Assembly (NCBI GenBank): GCA_000708835.1
Contig: DF237537.1
Location: 1 to 54,057 of the forward strand
Length of the DNA stretch: 54,057 nt
Direction: 5' to 3'
From: Klebsormidium nitens
Lineage: Eukaryota > Plantae > Klebsormidiophyceae
The first letter of the stretch is position 1. Each line of letters starts with the position of its first letter. Below, piece after piece: positions 12,300 through 24,600 of this stretch. Below the pieces are notes generated by a model that was not told the origin of the DNA, searched no databases, and saw only the letters and a program-made list of their open reading frames with translations. The position numbers and the translations under genes were made by a program.

Positions 12300-13295
12300 G
12301 AGGTCCGCTTAGTGTAAGCTTTTGAACAGGATGAGATATGAAAGTTTTTAGATAAGCGGTCAACTCAGGATTCAAAACGAGGGTTGCCATGCATGTGAAA
12401 TGAGTCGGCTAGCTACAAGATACTTTAGACTCGTTCAATTGTCGTTCAGCAATCAATTAACATGTTCGTTGTGAGAAGGACGGGTGGCGGCACGTATGTA
12501 GCCGGTGGACAGCGCCATATGCGAATATTCAATTTGAAGGAACGCCACCATTGAAGCATGTGTCATGCCTAGTCCAAGTCATCCAGTCTCCGATATGATT
12601 GACTCAAAGTGAGCAAACTTAAAGGTAGAAAGCTAGGCATGCTGTTTTCTTTGTTGCATTGTTTGCACTAATGTCTTTTCAACAGTGGTCAAGAAGTTGA
12701 AAGTGACACTCTGCATGGCAACCATAACTCTATTTCCGAGGTGCTCCGTATGGATCGGATTGGCGCATGCCAGTGCCGCCATGGAGAACCTACAATAGCT
12801 AGCACTGAGTGCCAGCCGCCCCCGTATAGTATCAGTGGCACCTCATTGGGACGTTGTTTAGGGAGTCTACATGGCGACAGGTCGTGCATGCCACGATGAC
12901 CGCGGGATGGTGGAAGGGTGTAATACATTGGAGTCGAAGCCTTTTCAGCCCCGCAAGCTGAGTTTCCTGCTATAAGTTACTAGTTATAACTTACACGATT
13001 TTAGTCCAAAAGTCCGGTGTTCCGTCCTCCGTCCTTCCAAGTACTTCCCGTGGGATTGAAGTTCGTACCACCGTCCCTTGCCTATGCGCCCTGCCCCTCT
13101 CGATCCTTTCCTAGGGCCAGGGCTAGGCCATCTGCCTGCTCTTCAATCAGTTCAATACAAAAACGTCATGTATATAAAGCAGCCTGAGCGCTGGGCATCT
13201 TTTTCGGACGCCACTGACCGTCGGCATGATCAATGATGCACGTCACTGTCATGCACCAACGTTAAATTAACATTTCACGGAGGTATGTTCAAGTA

Positions 13296-13558
13296 CCGTA
13301 GTGACTTGGGAGTTCATCCTTTAATAATTATTTTGACTCAAGACGAAAATTCAGAAACTAAATTGGACCCTGAGGGAGAAAAGGAGAAATACTAAAAATA
13401 TTAAAAATCAGCTCAGATTGCTGCCAAACGAGGCAAAAAATCCAAAATTCTAAATTTGAAGAAATGTAAAATATTATCTCGCATCGCCGGACGAAACCTG
13501 AAATCTTTCGAAAATAATTATTCGCGGCGCTTGGGGGTGAATTCCCAAGTCACTACGG
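13296..13558. mobile_element. MITE, Tc1/mariner (Stowaway-like) type, 263 bp
   Basis: Terminal inverted repeats CCGTAGTGACTTGGGA(G/A)TTCA(T/C)CC at both ends, flanked by TA on each side; AT-rich non-coding interior. Confidence 0.8.
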
Positions 13559-13858
13559 TAAGTGTGCTTTTAGCCTGAAGTGACTCAAGTTCACGACTTG
13601 GCAGGCTTTTCGACAAGTGATGGACGGTTGAGCAGTTGAGCTGAGCTTTTCAATCCCTCCAGACACCAGGATAGTAGGCAGCCCGGGGCCCTACGCCTAT
13701 GAAAACCTTTGAAGAGCATGCTAGCTGATGGCGCACTCTCCCGTACGTATCCGCATTGATCGAGATGGTCAGCCGGGTCAGCAAACTTATCGGACGGTAC
13801 TTACAAGTCGTCAATCCAAGTTCACGAGGCCAGAGCTCTCGCTTCTGGTACATCGTTA

Positions 13859-13994
13859 CAGCTTCTCCCGACCATCCTGCCAGACTTAGTGTCATATTCT
13901 AACTTGGAGTGACTAATTTCAGACACTGAGCAGCAGACTGACTAACTTAGACTAATTCTCCCACTAAAACTGGTAGGATGGTCGGGAGAAGCTG
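13859..13994. mobile_element. Small MITE, 136 bp, TA target-site duplication
   Basis: TIR CAGCTTCTCCCGACCATCCT(G/A)CCAG, with TA at 13857-13858 and 13995-13996. Confidence 0.8.
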
Positions 13995-14906
13995 TACGTA
14001 GTCAATCGATCCGACTAGCTCAGGTCACCAGATGAATGTTAGACGGATCTGGGCCCAATCTGAACCTGGACTAGCTCGATGCACCACAGCACATGATTCG
14101 ACCCTGCTAGATTGCACCAGCGCGTCCAAGGGGGGACGAGGGGATGGCCGCGCCACCGGACCAGGCCGGGCGCCCCATACACACACCATACACACGTATG
14201 AACTGATGATCGGTCATATGATACAATGTCGGATATATCCGAACTGGCATGGTTTCGACCGTCGTAGTATAATCATAAAGTGAACACCGCCGGGCCTTGT
14301 TAATGAAGTTTTGAATGAAATCATGGTATAATGAATGTATATGACCGGAGTGATGACTAGAAAACTGTCTTGAGCACCACCGGACGGTCGGCCGTGGCAC
14401 TGCCTGCATAGGATATCATTGGGGCGGATGCATACAATCATATGCACGACCGATCAGAAAGTTGTCCATGCAATAGTCAACTTAGTAAATTGAGTCCGCA
14501 TATAGTAATGATTCTAGCTATAGCTATTCAGCTATAGAAATCAACAAGAAATCAACGTTGGATTCTAGCGACACTCTAGCTATAGTATATAGCTAGAAAT
14601 CCACGTTAGAGATTGAACAACATCGGCCAGCCAAGCTTGGACAGCTGAGCAGGCTCATGCATGACATGAATGATTCTAGCTAGCTTGCGCACCACGATTA
14701 TCAGTGCAGCCGCCCAGGTATTAAAGCTATTTGAAAACTTAGGTGTTCTGTTGTTAGCTAGCTGGAAAGGTGCTCTGATCGAAGCTCTCTTTCTGCATCC
14801 TAATTCCAATAATTTTGAGTTTTACAACCTCAAAAAAGGTACTTGAAGGGACGTGACCAGATAAGTTCACATTCTAACCCACTGCCAGCATCGGATATAC
14901 AACAGG

Positions 14907-15022
14907 CAGCTGTAGCCGAGTGCAGACCGTTTCAATCACCTTAAGATCGGGTTCATGAAGTATATTTCACGAACGAACCCGGTCTTAGGATGATTGAAAC
15001 GGTCTGCACTCGGCTGTAGCTG
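14907..15022 (+). repeat. Long inverted repeat / hairpin with a 48-bp stem and 20-nt loop
   Basis: Arms 14907-14954 and 14975-15022 give 43 Watson-Crick pairs, 4 G-U pairs and 1 mismatch on the + strand. Confidence 0.9.
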
Positions 15023-15601
15023 TCTATACTATGATATAGACCTATACTGGTATAACATTAGGCTGGTTGGCATCATAGATTGTTTGAAGTACGGCGTTAT
15101 GCAAGCGAGGGGCACGGTTGCCATCGGCGCTGCGTGGTCGGAATATCAAATAATGGTCGGACTGAAATGAGCAGCTATTCGTTACTATATCTGGTACGTG
15201 TGTACCATGTTAATGACTGCTTCTAATGTTGCTAAGAAAAGGTCATTATGGTTATACCGTCTCTATCGCTAAGACTAGCCGGCCTTTCTGTCCATAGCCG
15301 CAAATTGCTTACCTGTATCTTGATTGTGATGAACTCAATGGAAAGCACCGCAAAGCCTGTGAAAGATCGTACATACTGAATTAACAATCTAATTATTTGC
15401 CAAACACGGTCCTTCGACTTTACAAATAGTTTTCACCTTACATAAAGTCGTACTGGAACATAGAATACATATATTTCAACTATAAATGTCTCGTGTATAT
15501 ACTCCCGGATATACATTCGTTGGGATAAAAGCACTTTTGTCATAATGAGACGCACCCACCAAAAGAAAACCGTCGAAGCCTTCAATACCGTTTGCGGGCA
15601 T

Positions 15602-18600
15602 CTACGCAATTGGCGTTGTCCTGAACTCCAAGTTCCCTAAATTCCTGAACAGATCCATCCCCAGTCTCTCCGCCACCATTCTCCCGGGGCACTGCCGGCC
15701 AAAGTTCTCGGGGCCGAAGGAGGCAAAGTTGAGCACGTGGGCGGCCAGGTTGGGCCGGGTAACGTCGACCCTGCGTCAGCAAGCGCTACGTGTCAGCACC
15801 AGATGAAGGGAAATTGCATCTCAGAGCGTTACATCAAGGGATTTGCATTTCAGAGTATATCGTAAGAGTAACCAGACTCAAAGTTGGACGGCATCCGGTG
15901 TGACTCGAGTCGGCAGCTACCGTACACGGGTCGACGCCGTCACAGGCAGTCGCCAACTCGCTCTTACCGATACAACCCCCTGGAGCGAAAGAGAAGCCTT
16001 CTGCAGAAGCACGAAAAATAAAACAACTAATTATAGCAGTTTCAGAGCGACGACCTGGTTCTCTGCTTCCAGAACTAAGGAAGGAAGCCCTGAGAACGAG
16101 GGCCCCGTTGCAACGGGCGACACGGCATCAAAAGGGAGGACTTGACCTTTGAGCCAGGGCCGGACTGCCCAAGAAAAGGATACCAAAAGAGCATACAATC
16201 CAGGCAGACACACGCACAGAGCAAGAATGCGTTTGAGATTAGCAAGAGCATGCCCCAACGGCTCGACTCCCGTTTAGAAGCATGGAGACCATAGCTCACA
16301 GGTAAGATTGAGAGCGGACAAGAATCAAGAGCAGAAAGAGAGGGCTAAGGAGAGGCGCGACTTGCTTTTGCGGACAGGGTCAGATTAACAAGGGTGCGTG
16401 CACGTGTACGGACGAATCCTTGCCGGCTGTCGTTATACCGTGTCTTATTTTGCTGCTAATACAGTAAGGAATGCCGTTTTTCCTTGACGCTAAGAGTTTG
16501 CTTAAAGGCTTACGTAGTGTCGTTGCTCCTCCTGTGTGTTGGACAACGAAGAGGGCGTTGGTAGGATCAGAGCACATCCAACAACGAGAACGGAGAAAGC
16601 AACAGGGAGCTAGCTCGAGAAAGGCGACGTGAGAGAAACACAGATCGTAGAAGGTGAATCACAAGGGTAGAATGATCAGCACAATATGTTAAGGATACCA
16701 CAGAAAGAGTTGTAAGCTAGCGGACAGCTTGCGGACAGCCCTTACGTAAGGGCGTCCGCATGCACCGACGGATCCTTGCTGGCAGTCTTTATGCTGTACA
16801 TGACTTTGGTGCCCGCCGGGAACAGGTGCCGTTTGCCGTCGATGTCGATCTCCGTCGGCTGCTGTAGGTACGATGAGACAGAAGCCACTGGGGGGTGCGC
16901 GCGCATCGCCTCGTACATTGCGTTCAAGTTCGCCTCGTCGCTTCCAAAGTCAAACTGCAAAAGGAAGCAAGGGGAAAGTAGTTACGATAATCAGACTCAG
17001 TCTACATTAAGATAGGGTGCTTCATGCATATATATTCTCATACTGTATTCTCATGCATACATACTCTTTCATATGCGCTCCCGTACTTCTAAAAAGAGCA
17101 CCCTCACCCATCTGCCTGCAACTGCTGGTGCTCATCTCTCAAAATACCAGCTCTGAAATCCCATCCGACAAGAGAAAGCCGGGCCTAGAAACAAGACGGG
17201 AAAGGCATACAGTGAAATTGCGGGCTTCACAACCCGTCTCGACGACGGCTTTGAATTGAGCAAGGAGAAATGCACCGGGACGGCCGGCGTCTCAGTCAGA
17301 CTTGATTGACCGTTGTTACTTGAGAGAGGCGAACTGGCAAACGAGAAAGACGTCGTGATCACAACTTTACCACCATGTTGAGCACCCGCAGAAGATCCGA
17401 CGTACAGACGTGACAGCCGTGTACGCAGAATCGTTTTTGCACTCCCACTTCCAACAGCTTGGCAGGAGATTTCTTCATTAACCCGATGCAAGCCACTGGT
17501 CCACAGTTTGGCAGCGACTTTCAGAGCCGGCGTTATAATGTCAGAGCCGTGACCTTTTTGAGGCTAAGTTTGCTGGTAGGACACGAGTCCGTTGGGAGCA
17601 TTGTTGTACAAGATGAAGGTAGCTGGCCTCAGAAATGCGTATTCAGAGACTCTTTTCAATCCGTGAACCTCAGAGCTGGATCAGCGAAAGGCCCCGCTGT
17701 AAACGACATTAGAAGGAGCGTCGTCTCGCACTGATTGAAAGTCGTTGCGAAACGGCCGCGACGTTAAGGAATGGAACCGGGTCGGGGAAGGCGTGAATTC
17801 AAAACGCTGACGTCGGCAACATAGGACCCACCTTAAACGAGCTCGGCAGGAGTGTCGTTGTATAGAGATGAAGGTCGCTGGCCCCGGAATTGCCGCGACG
17901 TTAAGAATCGGCACCGAATCAGTGAAGGGGTGATTGAAAACTCTAACGTCAGCATCACACGACCCACCTTAAAGGAGCTCGGGAGGAGTGCCGTCGTATA
18001 CGAGATGAAGGTCGCCGGCCCCGGAATCGCCGCGATATAGAGGATCGGCATGAGCGCGTCCAGAAACTTCTCACGATCGTATCCCTTCAGGTCTGCGCCG
18101 GTCACGAGGGGAGACTGCGCGAGCAGAGCGCGCACTTTCTTCTCTCCGTCTGAGAGCCCCCACTTGAACATGCCAATCGGCGAGATCTGTTGTGGAAGAG
18201 GGGGAAGTAAGGTGCCTTTTAACGTGGGAGGAATACAAGCTTTCCGGTCCGAGACAAATGGCAAGAGTCAAGGAGGCACAACGTGCGATACCGGAGCTTG
18301 GAGAAGAAGCTGGGAGGGCCACAGAGCAGAATATAATCAGCCGAGAACCTGCGTTGTAAAGCGGGGAAGGTGCGGGTCTGATGTGAGTTAGCACGTAACA
18401 GATTCGAACGGGTCCTTTTTGGTAATCGCGGGTGCCTTTCTGAAGGGGTGACTTATGGCTTTTGCAGCACCACCGAGGAGGATTGGGGCCGCTTGTTGGT
18501 GAATTCAAACGCCACGAGGTTCGTAAGGGAATTGCAAGGAAGAATGTCCACGTGGGGGAAAAAGCCAGAAGAAAGCTTTTTGCTGGGGCCGGGGGATACG

Positions 18601-21600
18601 TTGTGGATCTAAAGCTGTGGAGCAACCGTTTCCTTACCTGATGGGGTCCCTTAAAGGTGAGGAACAGAGCTAAAACGTATGATTGAAGACACAGAGCAAT
18701 GGAAGCTGGACTGGGATGTGAGCGGAGGGCGGTATCGTAAGCCGTTCTGACTTTCGTGGAGGCAACTGTAGTGTCCCAACCGACAAGCATCGAGAACGAG
18801 GGGCACTAAACACAATTGCTCTCAGAGACTAGACGAGAACAAGATAGAAGAGGACGACAGCGGAACGGACGAAATCCGCAGATTCAAAAGAGGCGGGTGC
18901 TTACATTGAGAGCAACCGCTTCTGAAGCTCGAAGTATGGCAGACGAGCAAAGTAAGGGAGACGGTTGTGAAGCTATGTAGAAGTGCGAAGCAGGCCCAAA
19001 TTCTTGTAGCAGAAAGATTTGCCTTTGCGGCGTGTGATATCTGCGTCAGTTTGTGTCCTGTGTTTTGATATCGTGAAACTCGTCTTAGGTCCTGCAGTAA
19101 GAGCAGCTAGAAGAAAATAGAAAATCCATGGCTGTCGCTATCCGCTCACTCTGAAAATGCTGTAGGGTACGATGCCTTTGGTCACGAGCTCCGTCGTCGC
19201 CTTGTCTGGAGTAACACCTGAAGCCAGTGAATCAGTCGTCATAAGCCAGTGAATCAATCGTCAAAGCACGACAATTCCTGCACAGTTTTAGATTGAAAAG
19301 ACACTTCTTTAAAGCTAGAGTGCCATGCATTGTCTCAGAAGTGCGCCCGAGGATACGGAGCGAAACCGCGCAGTCACGCCCTGAGGGGAAAGATTCGTCT
19401 ACAGAAACTGGGAGGGGAAGCTTACACAGAGACGCAGGCATCTTTTACCGGATGCAAGTCCCTGCACGAGCGAATGGATTTCTGCACCGGTGACGCACTA
19501 CTCAAGCCCCAGGCGAAAAGGTCAACCGGGCAAAGAGAAGTTTCCACGAGGCGCACGAAGCTCGTACCGAGCCAAGAAACTCGAGACAAAGTGCAGAAGT
19601 CTCACCAAAAACAACGTACAGGATGTAAGCGGTGCTAAATGAGAACGTGTCGGGCTCGCCGCCCTTCACTTCTTTGGCGAAGGCTGAAACCAGGGACTGC
19701 GCAACCTGCGGGGAGACGTGGACGAGTGTTGACGTCAATCGCTGACGTCAATTTGGAAAAAGGGTCGGAAAAGGCCGCCCCGGCAGAAAGGACACTGTTT
19801 GCTGCCAAATCCGTACAAGAAACAACGTGCTTGAGTGCGATTCAAAAAGGAGAATGTGAAGGCGCTTAGAGGCAAACAGTGACGTGACACCTGAAGACTA
19901 AGGGCCACAAGGAGAAACCATTGACATCACTTAAAGCGCGGCCGACATCCAAAAACGTCAACGAAGCAATTTCTGCACATCTTATCAAGGACCCTCCTCG
20001 GACCGACAGAACAAGTAAACAACGATATCTCAATTCTGTCAACAGCACTCGCCCCTCCAGTTTATGCAGATTTCCAGATAAGGCCACGAATCCATGCTCC
20101 GAGAAATGAGATTTCAAGCGCGCGCAACCGTCGATGGCTACCGGCTCAAGCGAATGAATTCGGCACGGTGTTTTGTATTGGCCTTCACCCTTCCACGTCT
20201 CACGAAAAAGTTCGGGGAGCCGTAGTCTTCTCTCCAAGTCCCCCCTCTCTACAAGCGCCGAGCGTTTCGGGGTTGGTTCTCTCAACTTATCATTGCTCCT
20301 GGTCACGACCTGCTCGAAGGTAAAAAGATCTGGCCTTATCTCGTCCTCCATAACCCCAACTTTCCAAGCCGGTTTTTGGGTGGATTCTTACCTGATCCTT
20401 GCCCCTCACAACAGTCGCCAGGCTCGTTTTCCATTTCTCAATATCTGCCGAATAGCGTTACCCGTTCTCAGGGAACGCATCTCTCGGTCTCTCCTTGCCC
20501 CTATCCCGAATCGCTTCGCTTATGAAAAGGATGGCCTCCTCTGTTCCTCGCCATAGCCTCGCAGAAGTTTCAGGGGGGCGGTTTCTCACCCCATCCTTGC
20601 CCCTGGCGACGACCGCCTCGCTCGCGAAGAAGTCTTGCACGATGGCCTTGATCCCAATTTCTCGTTTTTTCGGGGGGGCACTCTCGCACCTCATTCTTGC
20701 CCCTCGCAACTATTCCCTCGTTCGTGACGAGGTCCAATCAAGATGGCCGATAAGATTACAGAACGGCTCAGGGGGGCGCTTTCTCACCTCATCCTTGCCC
20801 CTGGCCACGACCGCCTCGCTCGATAACCTGACCTAACCTCTGACCCCCCTTTTTGCCTGCTCAATCTCCAGGGGGGCAGTTTCTCACCTCATCCTTGCCC
20901 CTCGCAGCGACCGCCTCGCTCGTGAAGAGATCGATAAAGATGGCTTTGAGCTGATCTACACGTTCCTAAAACATTTCGGGGGGGGGGGCGTTTCTTATTT
21001 CATCCCTGCCCCTCGCAAGAACCGCCTCGCTCGTGAAGAGGTCCATCAACAGGGCCTTCCTGTTCCTGCCCATAAGCCCACAGAACGTTTCAGGGGGCCG
21101 ATTGCTCACCTCATTCTTGTCCTTCAATGAGGTCCACGAAGACGGCCACATTTGTTCTAACCTGATTGCCTTCAAAACCTTTCAGGGGGCAGTTTCTCAC
21201 CTCATCTTTGCCCCTCGCAACGACCGCCTCGCTCGTAAAAAGGTCCATCAACAGGGCCTTGATCTGCTCGCGCTCGCCCGTCCCGCCCGCCGCCTTGTCG
21301 CTCATGAACAGGAGCATGTTGTCGGGAAACCTGCGGGCGTCAGGCTGACGTCAGCAAGCAAGCAAGTCGCAGAATGCAACCTCCCAAGTCGAGACGCGAG
21401 TGAGTGTTGGCTGCGAACCCGCGGGCGTCAGACCGTTGGTTTGCTGGCAGGCGACTTGAGAATCGCAACCTTGCAGATCAGGAGTGTATGGAAGATAGAA
21501 CACAAGAGACATCCAAGTGCCATGCCCACGTGTGTTTGCAGTATATCACCAAAGTGCTTTGCTGTCAATCAAAGTGGACGCGATTGTTTTCCCCGTCGAT

Positions 21601-24600
21601 CCTAGTGGCGGACTTCTGCTCTTGAGCTACAGCGAGCATCGGGTTTAAGAGGAGGCACAGAACGAGAGGCACAAAAAGGTGACTCACGCTTTGGTGACGA
21701 AGCGACCCCACGCGATGTACGGGCCACGCTTCTGGGGACCCAGGATGAGCTGCTTCACCTGCAGAGCGGAACGGAACAACTGAGGGAATGTTTTAAGAAG
21801 GAAGAGCTGGGCTCTTTGGCTCTTGTGGACTTCTTAAGTACAGTAAACAGTATTGTAGATTTGGAATTGGTTTCCACATAAGGGATCGTAGAAGTACCAT
21901 CGTGCCTGAGAAAGTGTTAAACGATTGTTTGAAACATCTGTCCAAGGTTCGGGTCCGGTCTTTGACAACGCCGCCTTTTCAGACCGCCTAAATTACATTC
22001 TAGCAACGGAAAGGTTAAAATAACTTCGGTCTCTGATCAACAAGCGCCGGGCATTCTCAGCTCGTCTCTTGTCGATGAACAGCGGCAAGGGTAACCTTCA
22101 CTGTCGAACAATGCAGGACGCTTGAGCTCAAAGAGACCGCAAAAGCTTTTGATTGTCCACAGACTGTTCATTGATACCGCTTGTCAAAACCTGACGCCAT
22201 AACACGAGTTCGCAAGAAAAAACGTTCCGTTTTACAAGTTGGGCGTCCTTTCGAAACGTCAGGACTACCAACTTTGCATACGGTTTAGCAAGCCCTGAAC
22301 TTACAACGAACCACCAGGATCGATTGCATATAAGAACCTCAATCTGAAGTGTGAATCTTCACATCGACCGACACCAAACGCATGTTCCCTTGTATGCCCA
22401 CAGGGAGGATTGGTCAACAACCTAGGTCCCGTAACCCAGGCACCCAGGTTACGCCTAGGTTACGGGACCCAGGTTGTTGACAAGTGGTTGACAACCTGGG
22501 TGGCACAACCTAGGTTGTTCAACCATTACTTAGGTTATGTACAACCGGAGCGCCTAGGTAGTGAGTAACTTGGGCAACACCTAGGTTACACCAAACTTAA
22601 ACTAGGTTGCATCACAACCTGGGTGGGTTGTTGTCAAACGGGTCAATGCTACCGTTTAAGTCATTGTTTTGGAGAGGCTTATCAGACAAAGGAAGCAATA
22701 GTAGAGTGGTAGAGTGCTTAATTCAAGGAGGCAGGCCAAAGGTCGAGGGCTCGAACCCTCTGCCCTGCAAGGGCGCGTTCTTTTTAGCTGCAAAAACAGC
22801 TTAGAAAACGTTCAAATGGACACTTTTATTACCTCATTTTCTCCGTTTTCCCCCGGATTCAAAACTTTTCAGTCTTGGTTATGCTTGGTAGAGTCCCTCG
22901 CTACGTACTTCTGCTAATATCAGAAACATTTACCACGTTTTCAACGGCAAAAAAGGGTCTCAAAGTTTCCTTTTCTTCTTCTCGCGCACATGGGTTAACA
23001 ACAACCGGGCTTGAGTTGTTCACAACCAGGGTCAGCATAGGTTACGCACAACCTGCCTAGGTTGAGAGTGCCACTTAACCTAGGTGGACAGGCACCTAGG
23101 TTACTGCCTAGGTTGTGCAACAACCCATGACGTAACCTGGGCACAACCTGCCCAGGTTAGCGACCAATCCCCCCTGTGGCCGCCTGATGAGGCCGTGCAT
23201 TTCAGCTGGAAGAATAGCAGCTCTCAATCACCGGAAGACAAGAATTCAAGCAGCGAGTTACCGGAACATTCAAGGAATCAAAAGTCTTACCACGTTGATA
23301 TCCCCAACCATGAGTCCAGAATACGCGGGGAAGTTCGGCCCGAGGTACTTGAGCTTGCGCGTGGTCAGCGTCGCTTGCTCGGGGTCCTTGTCGAGGTTGC
23401 TCACAAGAGCGTCGTACATATAGAACAGCGCCAGCACCAGCTTGGTTAAGAAGTTGGGGTGCTTCAGTAGGAATATCTGTAACAAAGAGTGTAGAGCTTT
23501 AAGAAAAGCAGTGTTGGCTCTTAGAAACCTCTTAGACAAGCTCTCCAGTTGCCCGAGCTCTTCAAATGTCAGGAAACTGAGGAAGCCCTCAATTCCAACT
23601 TGCACAAGGGTTTGTTCAGGTGCAATGGGGCGCAGCACCGATTTGGTGAAGAACTTGCGGTGCTTCAAGAGGGAAATCTGTAGCAAGAAAGAGTAGAGCT
23701 TCAGGTAAATCTGTGGCAAAAAGGGTAGAGCTTTGAGGATGAAAGGAGTTGGCTAGCCACAGTTAGACAAACGAGCTCATCATGTGTTGTGGAGCAGAGG
23801 AAGTTGAACATTTCAGTACAAAAAGCTCAGGTGTTACGAATCAGAGACCTGACCATCTGAAATTTGATCACAGGAGGTTCCGTGCAGGTAAACAAGGCCA
23901 GCATAAGCATGTCAAAAAGCTGGGGTGCTTCATTGGGGAGATCTGCAAAGTGATCGCCGCTGCTTGGTTGAACTTTAAAAGCAGAGAGTTTGTCCTCTGA
24001 AGTTTGTCTGGTTGTTTGATTGCTGACGGGCTCACACAGAAGAAACATGGCCAACATAAAATTTTGAAGGAAAGTTGCTTTAGTGAATATTTTGCTGAGT
24101 GAGCGCCGATGCTTGGTTGGTCTCTGGGCAGCAAAGAGTTAATGCTTGAAGACTGTCTGATCATTCTCATCTGCTCCCAATGTGGCACAGGTAAACAGGG
24201 TCATTTAGAATTACAGTAAGGAAGTTTGCGCGCTTTAAAGAAGAATCTGCTCATAGGGGGTTACGTGAATTCTCAAATCCTGGGTCCAGGAGAGCTCCCA
24301 CTACTTGAGTGCATCATGGAAAAGAAAACCTGCGGGTCGCAGGAGAGGAGGCATAATTGACGGCTTATGAGCAGATTGTTTGGGAGCTCAGAAAGATAGT
24401 TGGGCGAGCAAAAGGATACCCTTTTCCAAATGAGTGCCGGCTTTGTGTTGGCCCGCTAGGGCTACAGCAACTTCATGTAAGAAGGACAGTCATGACAATT
24501 CACGGAGCTTGAGGTGGGTTTGGGGGTTATAGCATGGTTTGGGGGTCTGGGGGTTTGAGGGTTTGGAGGTCATGGCATGGTTTGGGGATTACAGAAGAAG

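Noticed and set aside
16031-16299. Extra P450 exon(s) near 16060-16170
   Set aside because: A direct join 16746->15770 gives DPSVHADALTVDVTR, matching the expected spacing to the heme motif; candidate exons here have weak donors or the wrong phase.
22695-22769. Functional tRNA gene
   Set aside because: Only the T-arm and box motifs are tRNA-like. The acceptor and anticodon stems do not pair properly and the T-loop reads CTCGAAC.
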